A stretch of 64,000 nt of DNA. It comes from Octopus vulgaris. Lineage: Eukaryota. Shown in pieces: positions 51,258 to 63,137 of this stretch (positions within the stretch are counted from its first letter, which is position 1; the number at the start of each line of letters is the position of its first letter). Under the pieces are notes generated by a model. That model worked only from the letters and a program-made list of their open reading frames with translations. It was not told the origin of the DNA and ran no database searches. The stretch spans positions 54,064,001 to 54,128,000 of the forward strand of contig OX597832.1 in NCBI GenBank assembly GCA_951406725.2. The letters run 5' to 3'. A program made the position numbers and the translations under genes.

Positions 51258-52787
51258 TCAGTCTTATTTATTTTAGTCCTTTTTATTTCTCTTTACTTAC
51301 TTATTATTCTTAAGGTTGTCTGTCCCTCGAAATGATGTAAATTCTAAATATTGTCGTGTGATTCAGTAACCTATTGGTAAAGTAAAAAACATTTAAATAT
51401 GCACCAAAGCTAATATATATATATATATTTTTATTTATTTATAAAAATAGGGTAAAGTAAAATAATTTACTTTACCACACACCGAGCTTTTTAGAAATAG
51501 CAGCCAAAAATTTGGCTATTTCCTCAACTGCAAGAAAAAGTCTCCCAGACAATATATATATTAGTATTATATCTCCTATTTCCCGCATTCGGGGATAAAA
51601 AAAAATATATCTGGAGTCCTAAATCTAAAATATTTTCCTAACGTAAAATAAATAATTCTGCTTGATATTTTGTTAGGGTGCTAATTATTGCTAACTGACA
51701 TATAAAAAAAAAAAACACGTTTCGTCCGCCCCCCCCTTCTTTCTAATATAACATGATGATATCTTCGTTATATAAATATTTTAACTGTTTCAGAAATCTC
51801 TCCCCCCCCCCCCAGTTGTAACAATTATAGCGTTGTAAATGTAATTTCAAAAAATATATTTCAGCTAAATAGTTTCTACATGTTTGTTTTACTTTAAAAC
51901 GATCTAACTTGCACAGGTGTTAGAGTCCCTGAACAAGGCCTTTAAACTATACATGCATATTGGAAAAAAAAAAAATACAATTCCATCCTTGACCATTCCG
52001 CTGATTGTGGTGTTTTTTCTTTTGTTGTTGTTGTTGAAGTGTATTATTTTGAGAGGGGTTTTGAGTGTCATTTCTGACAGTTCGAACGACTATGTAGAAG
52101 ATTCTCGTTGAAGAAAAAAAAAATTAAGTGATGTTTTTTACATTAACTTCCGATGTAATCTTAATCCACACCACCTGAAAGGTATTCGTACAAATTTTCA
52201 TTAAAAAATACCTGTTTTTCTGAAAGTTATGAGGAAACAAAGTCGGTGGAAGGAGAGCGGGGATACTTGTGTAGGTATGCCTACATATATGCATTGTATG
52301 TGTGTGTGTGTATATATATATAGATATATATATATTATATATATATATATTAGTGATGTACACACACACACACAGCTGGGTACTAGGTGATGGTTTCACG
52401 ATTATTTTTTTTGTCATTAAGTTTCCCCCTCAGCCTCGAGATATTCCAGTGTCTTCATATTTCAAATATTCTGTTTATTTTTCGTTTGGCGTTATTGAAA
52501 ATTAAGAAATTTTAGCTGCATCTTCCAGAAATGGACAAATAGAACTAACGAACGGTTCATATATTTTTTTTGTCAGTGAAAGCTATATTTCAGGCTACAT
52601 TAATTAACGGTGTGTTAAGTATTTCAGGTGTATAATATTGAAGAAGTTTCTTAAGTCCCTTTGCGTTCATCAATATTTTTATGTTAACTTATAATCGTTT
52701 CATTATCATTAATGAGTTAGGGCCAACCCTAACATTCAACGATAAAACGATATAAAATATTCAAGGTAAATATAATTTTTCTTCCAG

Positions 52788-52866
52788 TTTGAAGCTTGAT
52801 GACAATGATGAAGATAATCAAGATAAAAACAGAAATACCTGTAAAATTCCTCTAAAGAAACATACG
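52788..52866 (+). CDS. EIF4E2: eIF4E2 exon (LKLDDNDEDNQDKNRNTCKIPLKKHT)
   Basis: ttttcttccag| acceptor, |gtatgt donor, 79 nt, phase 2 to 0. Acidic LKxDD start like vertebrate EIF4E2 exon 2. Confidence 0.8.
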
Positions 52867-52925
52867 GTATGTTCAAATTGTTTTCGGATTTAAAAAAAAA
52901 AAATTTTTTTTACTATTTATTTTTC

Positions 52926-53242
52926 TGTGGAGGCGCAATGGCCCAGTGGTTAGGGCAGCGGACTCGCAATCGGAAGATCGCGGTTTCGATTCCCAGACCG
53001 GGCGTTGTGTGTGTTTATTTGTTTATTGAGCAAAATCACTTAAAGCTCCACTAGGCTCCGGCAGGGGGTGGTGGCGACCCCTGTTGTACTCTTTCGCCCC
53101 AACCTTCTCTCACTCTTTCTTCCTGTTTCTTGGGTAACGCTGTAATGGACTGTTGTCTGGTCCAGCTGGAGGGAACACATACGCCACAGAAACTGGGTCT
53201 ATTAGCCTGGCTAGGCTTGAAAAAGGGCACATAAAGAATAAA
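52926..53242 (+). mobile_element. tRNA-derived SINE family C
   Basis: A box tggcccagtgg, B box ggtttcgattcc and tail agcctggctaggcttgaaaagggc. A related copy is at ~4992-5250. Confidence 0.75.
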
Positions 53243-53677
53243 TTTATTTTTCTGTGGCTGTTTTAGTGATGTAGGAATGTTTATGATGCATTTGATTAAA
53301 ATTCCACTTCTCCTCTTAAATTGTTCATCCACGACTGATGCTCTAAAAATACAAAACAAATATATAATGATGCTGCTTCTGTGGGTGACTTTCAGAGAGT
53401 GATTGTGATGATGGATGTCTTCATAAGAAGACAGTCGCTGTTGCAACACCTGTAAGTTCTCTCTGTCTCACACCTATCAAATTGCATCACCTGTTTCTCA
53501 TCACTGCTTTTTTTTTTTTTTGCTCAACATTTTCAAGCTTCGACACAGAATGTAAACATTCACACACATATACACAGTGACTCAATGGCCGAGGGTTTCG
53601 TGCCCTGGCAATTTATGCACAAAACACTTGGCCCTTTAGTCACTCTAACTTCTGCCAATTAATAGTGTGTGTGTGTT

Positions 53678-53720
<43 letters not shown>

Positions 53721-54224
53721 TCCTCTATGTAATAGTATATCTTGAAGCACATGCATAAGGCTATAAATAACAGCATGTAGCTAGAGCTAGCAGAAACGTT
53801 AGCATGCTGGGCGAAATGCTTAGCAGTATTTCATTTGCCGTTACGTTCTGAGTTCAAATTCCGCCGAGGTCGACTTTGCCTTTCATCTTTTTGGGGTCGA
53901 TAAATTAAGTACTAGTTATGCACTGGGGGTCGATGTAATCGACTTAATCCATTTGTCTGTCCTTGTTTGTCCCCTCTATGTTTAGTCCCTTGTGGGTAAT
54001 AAAGAAATGGGTATTCTGTCTACCACTACATTCTGAGTTCAAATTCCGCCAAGGTCGACTTTGCCTTTCATCCTTTAGGAGTTGATAAATTAAGTACCAG
54101 TTACGCACTGGGGTCGATGTAATCGACTTAATCCATTTGTCTCTCCGTCCTTGTTTGTCCCCTCTATGTTTAGCCCCTTGTGGGCAATAAAGAAATAAGA
54201 AACTGCCTACTACTTCCTAAGGAT

Positions 54225-55480
54225 CCTTGTGGTCATTTGAAGAAATCTGTTTCCTGTCTGATCTTATTGCTCTTCTTCCACTCACAAAATCTGCTTTCTC
54301 TGTCAACCTTTCTGTGATTCCACCACACCTTATACGTGTCCTCAGCTTGCACTGGGTACTGTATGGGCTGTCTACTAACACATTTTCTACATATCAAACA
54401 GTCATTTTCCTAAAGGGATTTGTGGTTTGCTAGGACTTTGCTAAGTGAAGTTTTAACCCTTTACCGTTCAAACTAGCCATACCAGGCCCAAATATTCTGC
54501 CTGTTTTATGTTCACACTGGCCAGATCTAGCCTCTTAGACATGACCTACAATATCATTCTAAAAATATACAATTACATCATCAAAATTTTAGAGCTACAA
54601 AACAATGCATGATTAATTCAAAACAATGAATAAAGAAGCATTGTATTTAATAGAGTAATCTGAATGTTAAAGGGTTAAGGCCCTTTGATTCCAGGTGTTG
54701 CTTCCACACCTGCAATTTCTTTTCTAATTCTATTACAGATTTAGCTACAAGCACAAGGTCATCAGCATAGAGGAGCTCCTACAGGCAACCAATCTTAACC
54801 CTTTAGCATTTAAGCTGGCCATGTCAGGTCCAAATATTCTACTTGTTCTATTTTCAAACTGGCTAGATTTGGCCTCTCACACTTACCCTATAATATTATT
54901 CTCTAGAAATAAACAATCATGTCATTGAAATCTCAAAGCTACAAAGTAATGCATGACTAATTCGAAACAATGTGAATAAAAAGGCAATAAATTTGACAGA
55001 GAAATCTGAGTACTAAAGGGTTAGACTCCTCTGTTATGGCCTGGAGGACTGATAAATCAGAAGGGACTGAGAGCTGAGCCCTTGCAAACCCATTGCTGTA
55101 CTTATTGCTAATTCTCGCCTCACTGACAGTTCCTCTGTACATGGACTGTATGGCTATCACCAACCATTCATCTGTCCCTAACTTCCACAGTGACCACCAG
55201 ATCAGGGAGTAAGGGACCCTGTCAAAGGCTTTCTCCATGTCAACAAATCCCAAATACAATGGTTTACTTTTGTGTTGCTAGAAAGCGGGCCATCACTAGT
55301 ACTTCTCTCTGGCACAAAAAATTCAAATTGCATCTCAACTAGGCTAACTTTGTTCCAAATTAATTAAGCCATAAGTCTTTCAGTGACTTTAATGACCAGG
55401 TCCAGCAATTTGATACTCCTCTAATTACTTCCAAGTCATCTCGTTAATTATCTTTGTGGCAGTTGATTCTAATGCTGCTA
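54225..55480 (-). mobile_element. Degenerate RTE LINE fragment interrupted by two piggyBac-like MITEs (54454-54677, 54796-55024)
   Basis: YLGFVDMEKAFDRVPYSLIWWSL and LLYADDL on the - strand. The MITEs are bounded by ttaa-ccctt...aaggg-tta. Confidence 0.85.
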
Positions 55481-56138
55481 CAGTATCTCCTCAACTCTTA
55501 GATAAAGGAGTTGAGTGTAATGATTTGGTTGCTGTTGAAAATTTTCTTATCTATGTCATTGTTTGATAATTGTTTTCAGTTTTATTGGCTGTAATCACTA
55601 TTTTTAATTATCAATATTGTAATAATAAACAATTGAATTTAGATTTCATTTGTTTTGCTTTTAGTGATAGATAAAATGAGATTTAATGGTAATTTGTGTT
55701 TCTATTTTTTTTAAACGTTTTATAAAGGGAGGAAATGTGTGAAAGTCTAGTTTCATTTTCAATCTGTGTCTACATAGGAATTGTTGAACTCATTAGCATT
55801 TCAAACAGGCAATATCTGCTTTCCCTGCTGGCATGGGTTGGACAGTTTACACACATGTACATGCTCTCACATGTGTACACGCATATATACACACTCATGC
55901 AAGTGGCAGACTTCTTTCAGTTTCTGTCTACTAAATGCGCTCACAAGGCTTTGGTCTGGGGTTATAGCAGAAGACACTTGCCTGAAGTGCCATGCTGTGG
56001 GACTGAACCTAGGACCATGTGGTTGGGAAGCTAGCTTCCTATCACATAGCCACACCCCCACTCCACCATTTACATCTTTTATACTCTTGAACTAATGCTT
56101 TTTAAAATTATTATTAACATGTCTTTAAATCATTTCAG

Positions 56139-56261
56139 AAACCTGGTCCTGGAGAACACCAATTGCAGTTCAATTATTCACTTTGGTTTTCACGTCGAAC
56201 TCATGGGAAACAAAATCAAAGTTACGACCAGAATCTCAAATATATCACCACATTTGCCTCA
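56139..56261 (+). CDS. EIF4E2: eIF4E2 exon (KPGPGEHQLQFNYSLWFSRRTHGKQNQSYDQNLKYITTFAS)
   Basis: tttcag| acceptor, |gtatgt donor, 123 nt. Tyr replaces the class I Trp43 and Trp56 positions, which defines class II eIF4E. Confidence 0.94.
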
Positions 56262-56351
56262 GTATGTAACTCATTTTCTCCTCTTCTAATATTTATCTTA
56301 CCAGGAAAGAAGTTAAGAAGTGGAAGCTTGTAAAGCAAAGTTTCAAACATC

Positions 56352-57945
56352 CCAAAGATAAACCTCTGTACTTGACTTTCATTGACATGGGGAAAGCCTT
56401 TGATAGGGTCATTATCTGGTGGTCATTGCAGAAACTAGGGATAGATGAATGGTTGGTGAGAGCTGTACAAGCCATGTACAAGGATGCTGTCAGTAAGGTG
56501 AGGGTTGGCAATGAGTATAGTGAAGAATTTCTGGTAGATGTTGGGATCCACCAAGGAGCCATCCCACTTGTTCATCATAGCCCTCCAGGCAATAATAGAG
56601 AAATTCAAGGCAGGCTGCCCCTGGGAGCTCCTTTATGCTTATGACCTTGCTCTAATAACTGAGTCACTGCCAGAACTAGAGGTGTAGTTTCATGTGTGGA
56701 AGCAAGGTCTAGAATCAAAGGGCCTTAGAGTCAATCTAGCGAAAACCAAAGTCTTAAGTAGGGAGGCAGACAAATCATAAATCCCTTCAGGTAAATGGCC
56801 CTGCTCGATCTGCAGAAAAGGTGTAGGTAGAAACTCCATAAGATGTACCTGGTGTAAGCTATGGACACGTAAGAGGTGCTGCAATGTCAAAGGAAGGTTA
56901 ACTGGGAAGATAGTTTTTGTGTGTGGCAGATGCACAGGGATTTAGTAAACACCAAAGATGTACAGAAAACAGATTCCATCACATGCCAGGTGGACAAACT
57001 AGAAGTAGGTGACCAAGTCAGTAGCAGGGGTGGATGCTCTGAGAGCATAGCTGCTAGAATAAGAATAGCCTAGGCAAAAAGTTTGGAGAGCTACCTCTGC
57101 TGGTAACAAAGGGCCTCTCACTCAGAGTGAAAGGTAGACTGTATGAAGCATGTGTGTGAACAGCCATGCTACATGGCAGTGAAATATGGGCTGTGATTAC
57201 TGAGGACATGCATAGGCTTGAAAGAAATGAAGCTATTGTGCTCTGCTGGATATGTAATGTCTGTGCATACACAACAGAGTGCAAGTACCTGAGAGAAAAG
57301 TTGGACGTAAGAAGCATCAGATGTGGTGTGAAAGAGAGACAACTGTGCTGGTATGGCCATGAGTTGCATATGGATGAGGACAGTTGTGTGAAGAAGTGTT
57401 GCACCCTAACAGTGGAAGGAACCTGGGGTGAGGTGGTGAAGCACGACCTTTGAATATCGGGCCTCATGGGCAATGACAAGTGACCAAGACCTTTGGAGAT
57501 ATGCTATGCTTGAAAAGACCTGGCTTGCCAAGTGAGATTGTATCCGCGACTGATGCCAGTGTTGCATAGCTGACCCGTTTAAAAGTACCCTTCAACTGTC
57601 GGGCAATATGCTGTGCTTGAGAAGACCTGTTGAGTCAAGTGAAGTCATTGTGGCCGATGCCAGTGCCACCTGACTGGCTCTTGTGCCGGTGGTTTGTAAA
57701 AATCTCCACTCAAGCAAGGCCAATGCCAGTGGTGCCTGAGTAGCCCCTGTGCCAACGGCACGTAAAAAGCACCCACTACACTCTCGGAGAGGTTGGCATT
57801 AGGAAAGGCATCCAGCTGTAGAAACCTTGTCGGAACAGATTGGAGCCTGGCACAGCCTCCCAGCTTGCCAGTCCTCAGTCAAACCGTCCAACCTATGCCA
57901 GCATGGAAAGCAGATGTTAAACGATGATGATGATGATGATGATGT
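56352..57945 (+). mobile_element. 5'-truncated RTE LINE with 3' UTR and (GAT)n tail
   Basis: FIDMGKAFDRV, WPCSICRKGVGRNSI, LHGSEIW and WYGH. The 3' UTR is the repeat also found alone at ~2890-3163, 4120-4343, 6172-6375, 9270-9757, 14510-14780, 24340-24828, 40840-41110, 59740-60270 and 62070-62240. Confidence 0.92.
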
Positions 57946-58244
57946 AGAGCAACCCCCTCCCACCCAAATATCATATGATTGATTGTAGTATGAAATTGGT
58001 TCTCACCACACTCCAAACCTTCAGCCTCCAGATCTGCCACTACTATAATGGCCTCCACTCATCAGAGCTGGTTGGTCTTATACTACCGTCACTCAAAAAC
58101 TCACCAACTCCCTCATCACTCCTGTTAGTCTCCTAGAGGCTTTTACATTAACCACTACACCAGTCCTCCTTCCCTACCAGCAAGACAGCAGTGTGGATAC
58201 ACTGTGGAAGAGGGCTAGACAGGTCCCCATTTTTGCTGAGAAGG

Positions 58245-58531
58245 ACTGGTCTTCCCCAAGCACAGCATATCACCACTGGGTCTTCCCCAAGCACAGCATA
58301 TCACCATTGGGTCTTCCCCGAGCACAGCATATCACCACTGGGTCTTCCCCAAGCACAGCATATCACCACTGGGTCTTCCCCGAGCACAGCATATCACCAC
58401 TGGGTCTTCCCCAAGCACAGCATATCACCACTGGGTCTTCCCCAAGCACAGCATATCACCATTGGGTCTTCCCCGAGCACAGCATATCACCACTGGGTCT
58501 TCCCCAAGCACAGCGTATCACCGCTGGGTCT
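58245..58531. repeat. 31-bp minisatellite, ~9 copies (actgggtcttccccaagcacagcatatcacc)
   Basis: Direct contiguous repeats with no spacers. Confidence 0.95.
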
Positions 58532-58775
58532 CTACTGCCATATATGTTTGTAAAATCTCCACCATCTACCTAAATGTCATAGCTTTCAGCAGCGAGCTGG
58601 CAGAAACAGCACACTGGGCAAAATACTAAGCAATATTTCGTCTGTCTTTACATTTCATCCTTCCAGGGGTCAATAAATTAAGCCCCAGTTGCGTACTGGG
58701 GGGTCGATCTAATCAACTGGCCCCTTCCCCAAAAACTTCAGGCCTTGAGTAGAAAAGAAAAGTTTTCATTGTTTC

Positions 58776-59157
58776 TTTGTCTTATGAAGAAAGGCTGAAG
58801 ACGCTCGACCTTTATTCTCTAGAAAAACGCCGCCACCGTGGAGATCTCATTCTTGCTCACAACATCATAAGCGGAAAGTGTAACCTCGAAAGAGATGTTC
58901 TTCACTCCTGCTCCAGAGCGTCGGCTGCGGGGTCATTCCGAAAAGCTCTATCTGCGACGATTTCATCTTAATCGAAGGAGAGGGGCTTTCTCCGTCCGGG
59001 TTGCGGATCCGTGGAATAAGATGCTGACGACCGCTTGGTTCAAAGTCTCCCTTGACCTCAAGTGGCCTGAACTCTTTACATGAACACCACCCTGTACATA
59101 ACTCCACGTCCCCCTACATGGCCTTGCTTTTTGAGCCAAAAAATTAACTAACTAACT
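58776..59157 (+). mobile_element. CR1-clade LINE 3' fragment (second copy)
   Basis: Near-identical to 38241-38652, with small deletions and a (TAAC)n tail. Confidence 0.9.
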
Positions 59158-59256
59158 ATTCTCTTTTTGTTTCCTATATCTACTCTGTTAATTTTTATCT
59201 TCTCCAAGACATAATCGTTTGTTTTCTCATAACATGATTTCTTTACTGCTCCTTAG

Positions 59257-59361
59257 GTTGAACAGTTTTGGTCCCTCTACAGCCATTTACTCCGACCAAC
59301 AGATCTACCAGGACACAGTGACTATCATATATTCAAAGATGGTATCCGGCCAATGTGGGAA
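59257..59361 (+). CDS. EIF4E2: eIF4E2 exon (VEQFWSLYSHLLRPTDLPGHSDYHIFKDGIRPMWE)
   Basis: ccttag| acceptor, |gtacgt donor, 105 nt. Contains the VEQFW and PMWE eIF4E motifs. Confidence 0.96.
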
Positions 59362-61866
59362 GTACGTAGTGTTACAGTCTTTTCTCTTGTAGATCCTTGT
59401 AATCTTTTACTGGTTTCAGGAACTATCGTTGTTGATGTTGTTAGATTGAGATGTCACTAGTTTGGCTGGATTTTTATTTCATTTATGTATAAGTCCACCT
59501 CAGCATAAAAATATGTCATTTACATAGAATCATCATCACCATTATCATTAAATGTCTGTTTTCCATGTGACAAGAGTTGGGCAACTTCCCAACTGCCACA
59601 AGGTATTTTTCTTCAGTGCAGTCCCTTGCTTAACACACACACACATGTATACACAGTCATATACACGTCTGCACACAATTGCATGCAATCACACATTTAT
59701 GCACAATCATCATACATACATACATGCATGTATATGCAATCATCATCATCACCGTTTAACGTCCACTTTCCATGCTGGCATGGGTTGGAAGGTTTGGCTG
59801 AGGGCTGGCAAGCCAGAAGGCTGCACTGGGCTCCAATCTGATCTGGCAAGGTTTCTACAGCTTGATGCCCTTCCTAAAGCCAACCACTCTGAGAGTGTGG
59901 TGGGTGCTTTTTATGTGCCACCGGCACAGGTGTCAGTCAGGCAGCACTGGCAATGGCCACATTCAAATGGTGCTTTTTTATGTGCCATCAACACTGGACC
60001 AGTCAGGTGGCACTGGCAGTGACCACACTGAAATGGTGCTTCTTACATGTCACTGGCACGGGTACCTGTCAGGCAGTACTGGCATCGGCCAGAACAATGT
60101 CTTCACTTGCCTCAACAGGTCTTAGCAAGCACAGTTTATTGCCCCAATAATTGAAGGGTACTCTTAAAAGGGCTGGTTATGCTGCACTGGCATAGACCAC
60201 GGTTACGGTCTCACTTGGCTTGCAGGGTCTTCTCAAGCACAGCATATCTCCAAAGGTCTCGGTCGCTTAACTCACACACATACACTTATACACAATCCCA
60301 CACACACATGTATATACTCATGCTGAGCTTCTGCACAGTTTTTATTTCTCATATTTCACTCACAATTGCTGATCAGTGGGATGGGATTGAACCAGAAGCC
60401 ATGTGCCTTGAAGTGAACTCCTCGATCTTCTTTCTCCCTTCTTTTGGTCCTTTCTCATTGTAAAGCTCTGCCAATTTGAACATTTTCACATCAACTTGGG
60501 ATACATCATTTATAACCAGAATATAAACTGCTCTACACTGAACCACAATTGGACGTGATTATTGAGGAAAACAAACTAAAATACTAGTTTAACCCTTTTG
60601 TTACCAACCTGGCCAAAATCGGCTCTGGCTCTTTAGTATAAATGTCTTGTTTTCATATGTTTTTCATTAAAATATACCACTAAACCTTAGTCACAATTTA
60701 TGATCCTAACACTAGCTTAATGATAACTAAGTTATTTTACTAAATTCTTTGTTATATTTCAAATAATTGAAAGAAACACAGAGCATCTCAAAATGAATAC
60801 GGTAATGAAAGGGTTAAAGGTATATCATTTGGCCTCTGGTCAGTTCTTATTGAACAGACCAATAAACTGCAGTGGTTTATACTTGTTACAATCCATAAAT
60901 TTATCATTTGTTGTTGTTGTTTAATACCCCACTTTTCCATGGTTGCATGGGTCAGACAGAATTTGTTGGGCCAGATTCTCTATGGCTGAATGCCCTTCCT
61001 GTTGCCAACCCTCACTTGTTTCTGAGCAAGGTAATATTTCCCCCAGGACCAGGCATGTTTCCACAGAAGACTGGAACTGGGACACTGCTAGCACGACGGG
61101 GACACCTGTTTACAACTATCACATGAAATTGAGGCAACGAGACTAACACACACACACACACATGCACACCAACACGCACGCACACTAACGCATACACACA
61201 CACACACACACACGCATATGATGGATTTCTTTCACTTTTCATCTACCAAATCCACTTACAAGACTTTGGTCAACCTGTGGCTATAGAAGAAGGCACTTGC
61301 CCATGGTGCTGTGCAGTGGGACTGAAACAGAAACCATATGGTCTAACAAAAAAATTAGATGCAATCATGGCTGTGTAGTTAAGAAGTTTGCTTTCCAATT
61401 ACATAGTTCCAGGTTCAGTCCTACTTATGGTGCCTTGGACAAGTGTTCTCTACTATAGCCCTGGACTGACCAATGCATTGTAAGTAAATTTAGTAAGACA
61501 GAAAACTAAAAAAAAGAGTCCGTTGTGTGTGTGTTTGTGTCCCCTTGTCTTGACGTTGCATGATTGTTGTAAATGAATGTCACTCATTTCCAATATTCTG
61601 TGAAAATGTGTCTGGCCATGGGGACATACTACCTTGCATGGAAATAAACGTGACTTGGTGGCAAGAAGGGCATCTGGACATAAAAAATTTTTTTTCCATA
61701 ATAAACTTTGTCCAAATCATGTCAACGTGGAAGAGTGGATGCTAAACTAATGATGATGAAAATAAATTTTAAGATTCTTCTGTAGATTTTGATGAAAGTT
61801 GTACTGTTTTTATTGTATTTAGTAAATTTGATTCTAATTTTTTTTGTTTGTGGTTTTTCTCTACAG

Positions 61867-62019
61867 GACTCCGCCAACAAAGATGGTGGGAAATGGATAA
61901 TTCGGTTAAAAAAAGGATTAGCAGCTCGTTGCTGGGAAAACTTGATATTAGCCATGTTAGGAGAGCAATTTATGGTTGGTGAAGAAATTTGTGGTGCTGT
62001 GTTATCGGTGCGATATCAG
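61867..62019 (+). CDS. EIF4E2: eIF4E2 exon (DSANKDGGKWIIRLKKGLAARCWENLILAMLGEQFMVGEEICGAVLSVRYQ)
   Basis: ctacag| acceptor, cag|gtatgt donor, 153 nt. Nearly identical to the vertebrate 4EHP segment. Confidence 0.97.
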
Positions 62020-62359
62020 GTATGTAATATTTTCTATATCAGTATTAATCAATGTCAGGTATAAAACACATTCATCATCATCATCATTTAACATCCATTG
62101 TCCATGCTGGCATGGGTTGGACAGTGTGACCAGGTGGGCTGCATAAGACTCCAGTCTGATTTGGTATGGTTTCTTTGGTTGGATGCTCTTCCCAACGCCA
62201 ACCATTCCGAGAGGGTAATGGGTGCTTTTACGTGCCACCAGGTGTAAAATGCTTTCTATTTCAGTACCAAATTGCTTGAATATCAACTTTGCTGAATTCT
62301 TTATTTGAAATGTAGTACTTATAGAGTATGATGTACACAAGTACTAGATACAATATGCC

Positions 62360-62744
62360 TAGTACTTGTGTTACATAGTGACTAGTACATTCGTTACACA
62401 GTGGCTAGTACTTGCGTTACACAGTGGCTAGTACTTGCGTTACACAGTGGCTAGTACTTGCGTTACACAGTGGCTAGTACTTGCGTTACACAGTGGCTAG
62501 TACTTGCGTTACACAGTGGCTAGTACTTGCGTTACACAGTGGCTAGTACTTGCGTTACACAGTGGCTAGTACTTGCGTTACACAGTGGCTAGTACTTGCA
62601 TTACACAGTGGCTAGTACTTGCGTTACAGTGGCTAGTACTCGCGATACACAGTGGCTAGTACTCGCGATACACAGTGGCTAGTACTCGCAATATACAGTG
62701 GCTAGTACTCACATTACACAGTGGCTAGTACTTGCGTTACACAG
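62360..62744. repeat. 23-bp minisatellite, ~16 copies (gtggctagtacttgcgttacaca)
   Basis: Direct contiguous repeats with degenerate edges, in an eIF4E2 intron. Confidence 0.95.
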
Positions 62745-63000
62745 GGAAAGTGGATGACAATGATTCAGATTGACATTTGATATTAATACTGCTTCCATCA
62801 TTAATATTGATTATTCTTTACAACAGTATTTTTATATATAATTCTGTTTTAGGTTTCACAAATAGTTAGTTTAGCATAGTTATAATAGTTATGATCTTCT
62901 CTTAATATAATGTTTTCCATGTAATATCCAACAATATTCCAAATCCCTCCCTGAAAGCAAAATTGTAATTTTCGTATATTTTTTTCTGTTGTATTTTCAG

Positions 63001-63137
63001 GAAGATATTCTGTCCCTCTGGAACCGAACGGCAAATGATGCAATAACCACTTCACGCATACGCGACACATTGAAACGCGTCCTTAACTTACCTCCAAATA
63101 CTATTATAGAGTATAAGATGCACGTTGACAGTATAAA
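63001..63137 (+). CDS. EIF4E2: eIF4E2 exon (EDILSLWNRTANDAITTSRIRDTLKRVLNLPPNTIIEYKMHVDSIK)
   Basis: ttttcag| acceptor and phase-2 aa|gttagt donor. A polypyrimidine tract at 63965-64000 ending ttaca suggests the next exon lies just outside the window. Confidence 0.95.

Noticed and set aside
58245-58531. CRISPR-like array and the 120/126-aa repetitive ORFs
   Set aside because: The repeats are contiguous with no unique spacers, there are no cas genes, and the site is a eukaryotic intron. The ORFs are translation artefacts of the minisatellite.
62360-62744. CRISPR-like 23-bp array
   Set aside because: No spacers; it is a simple minisatellite.
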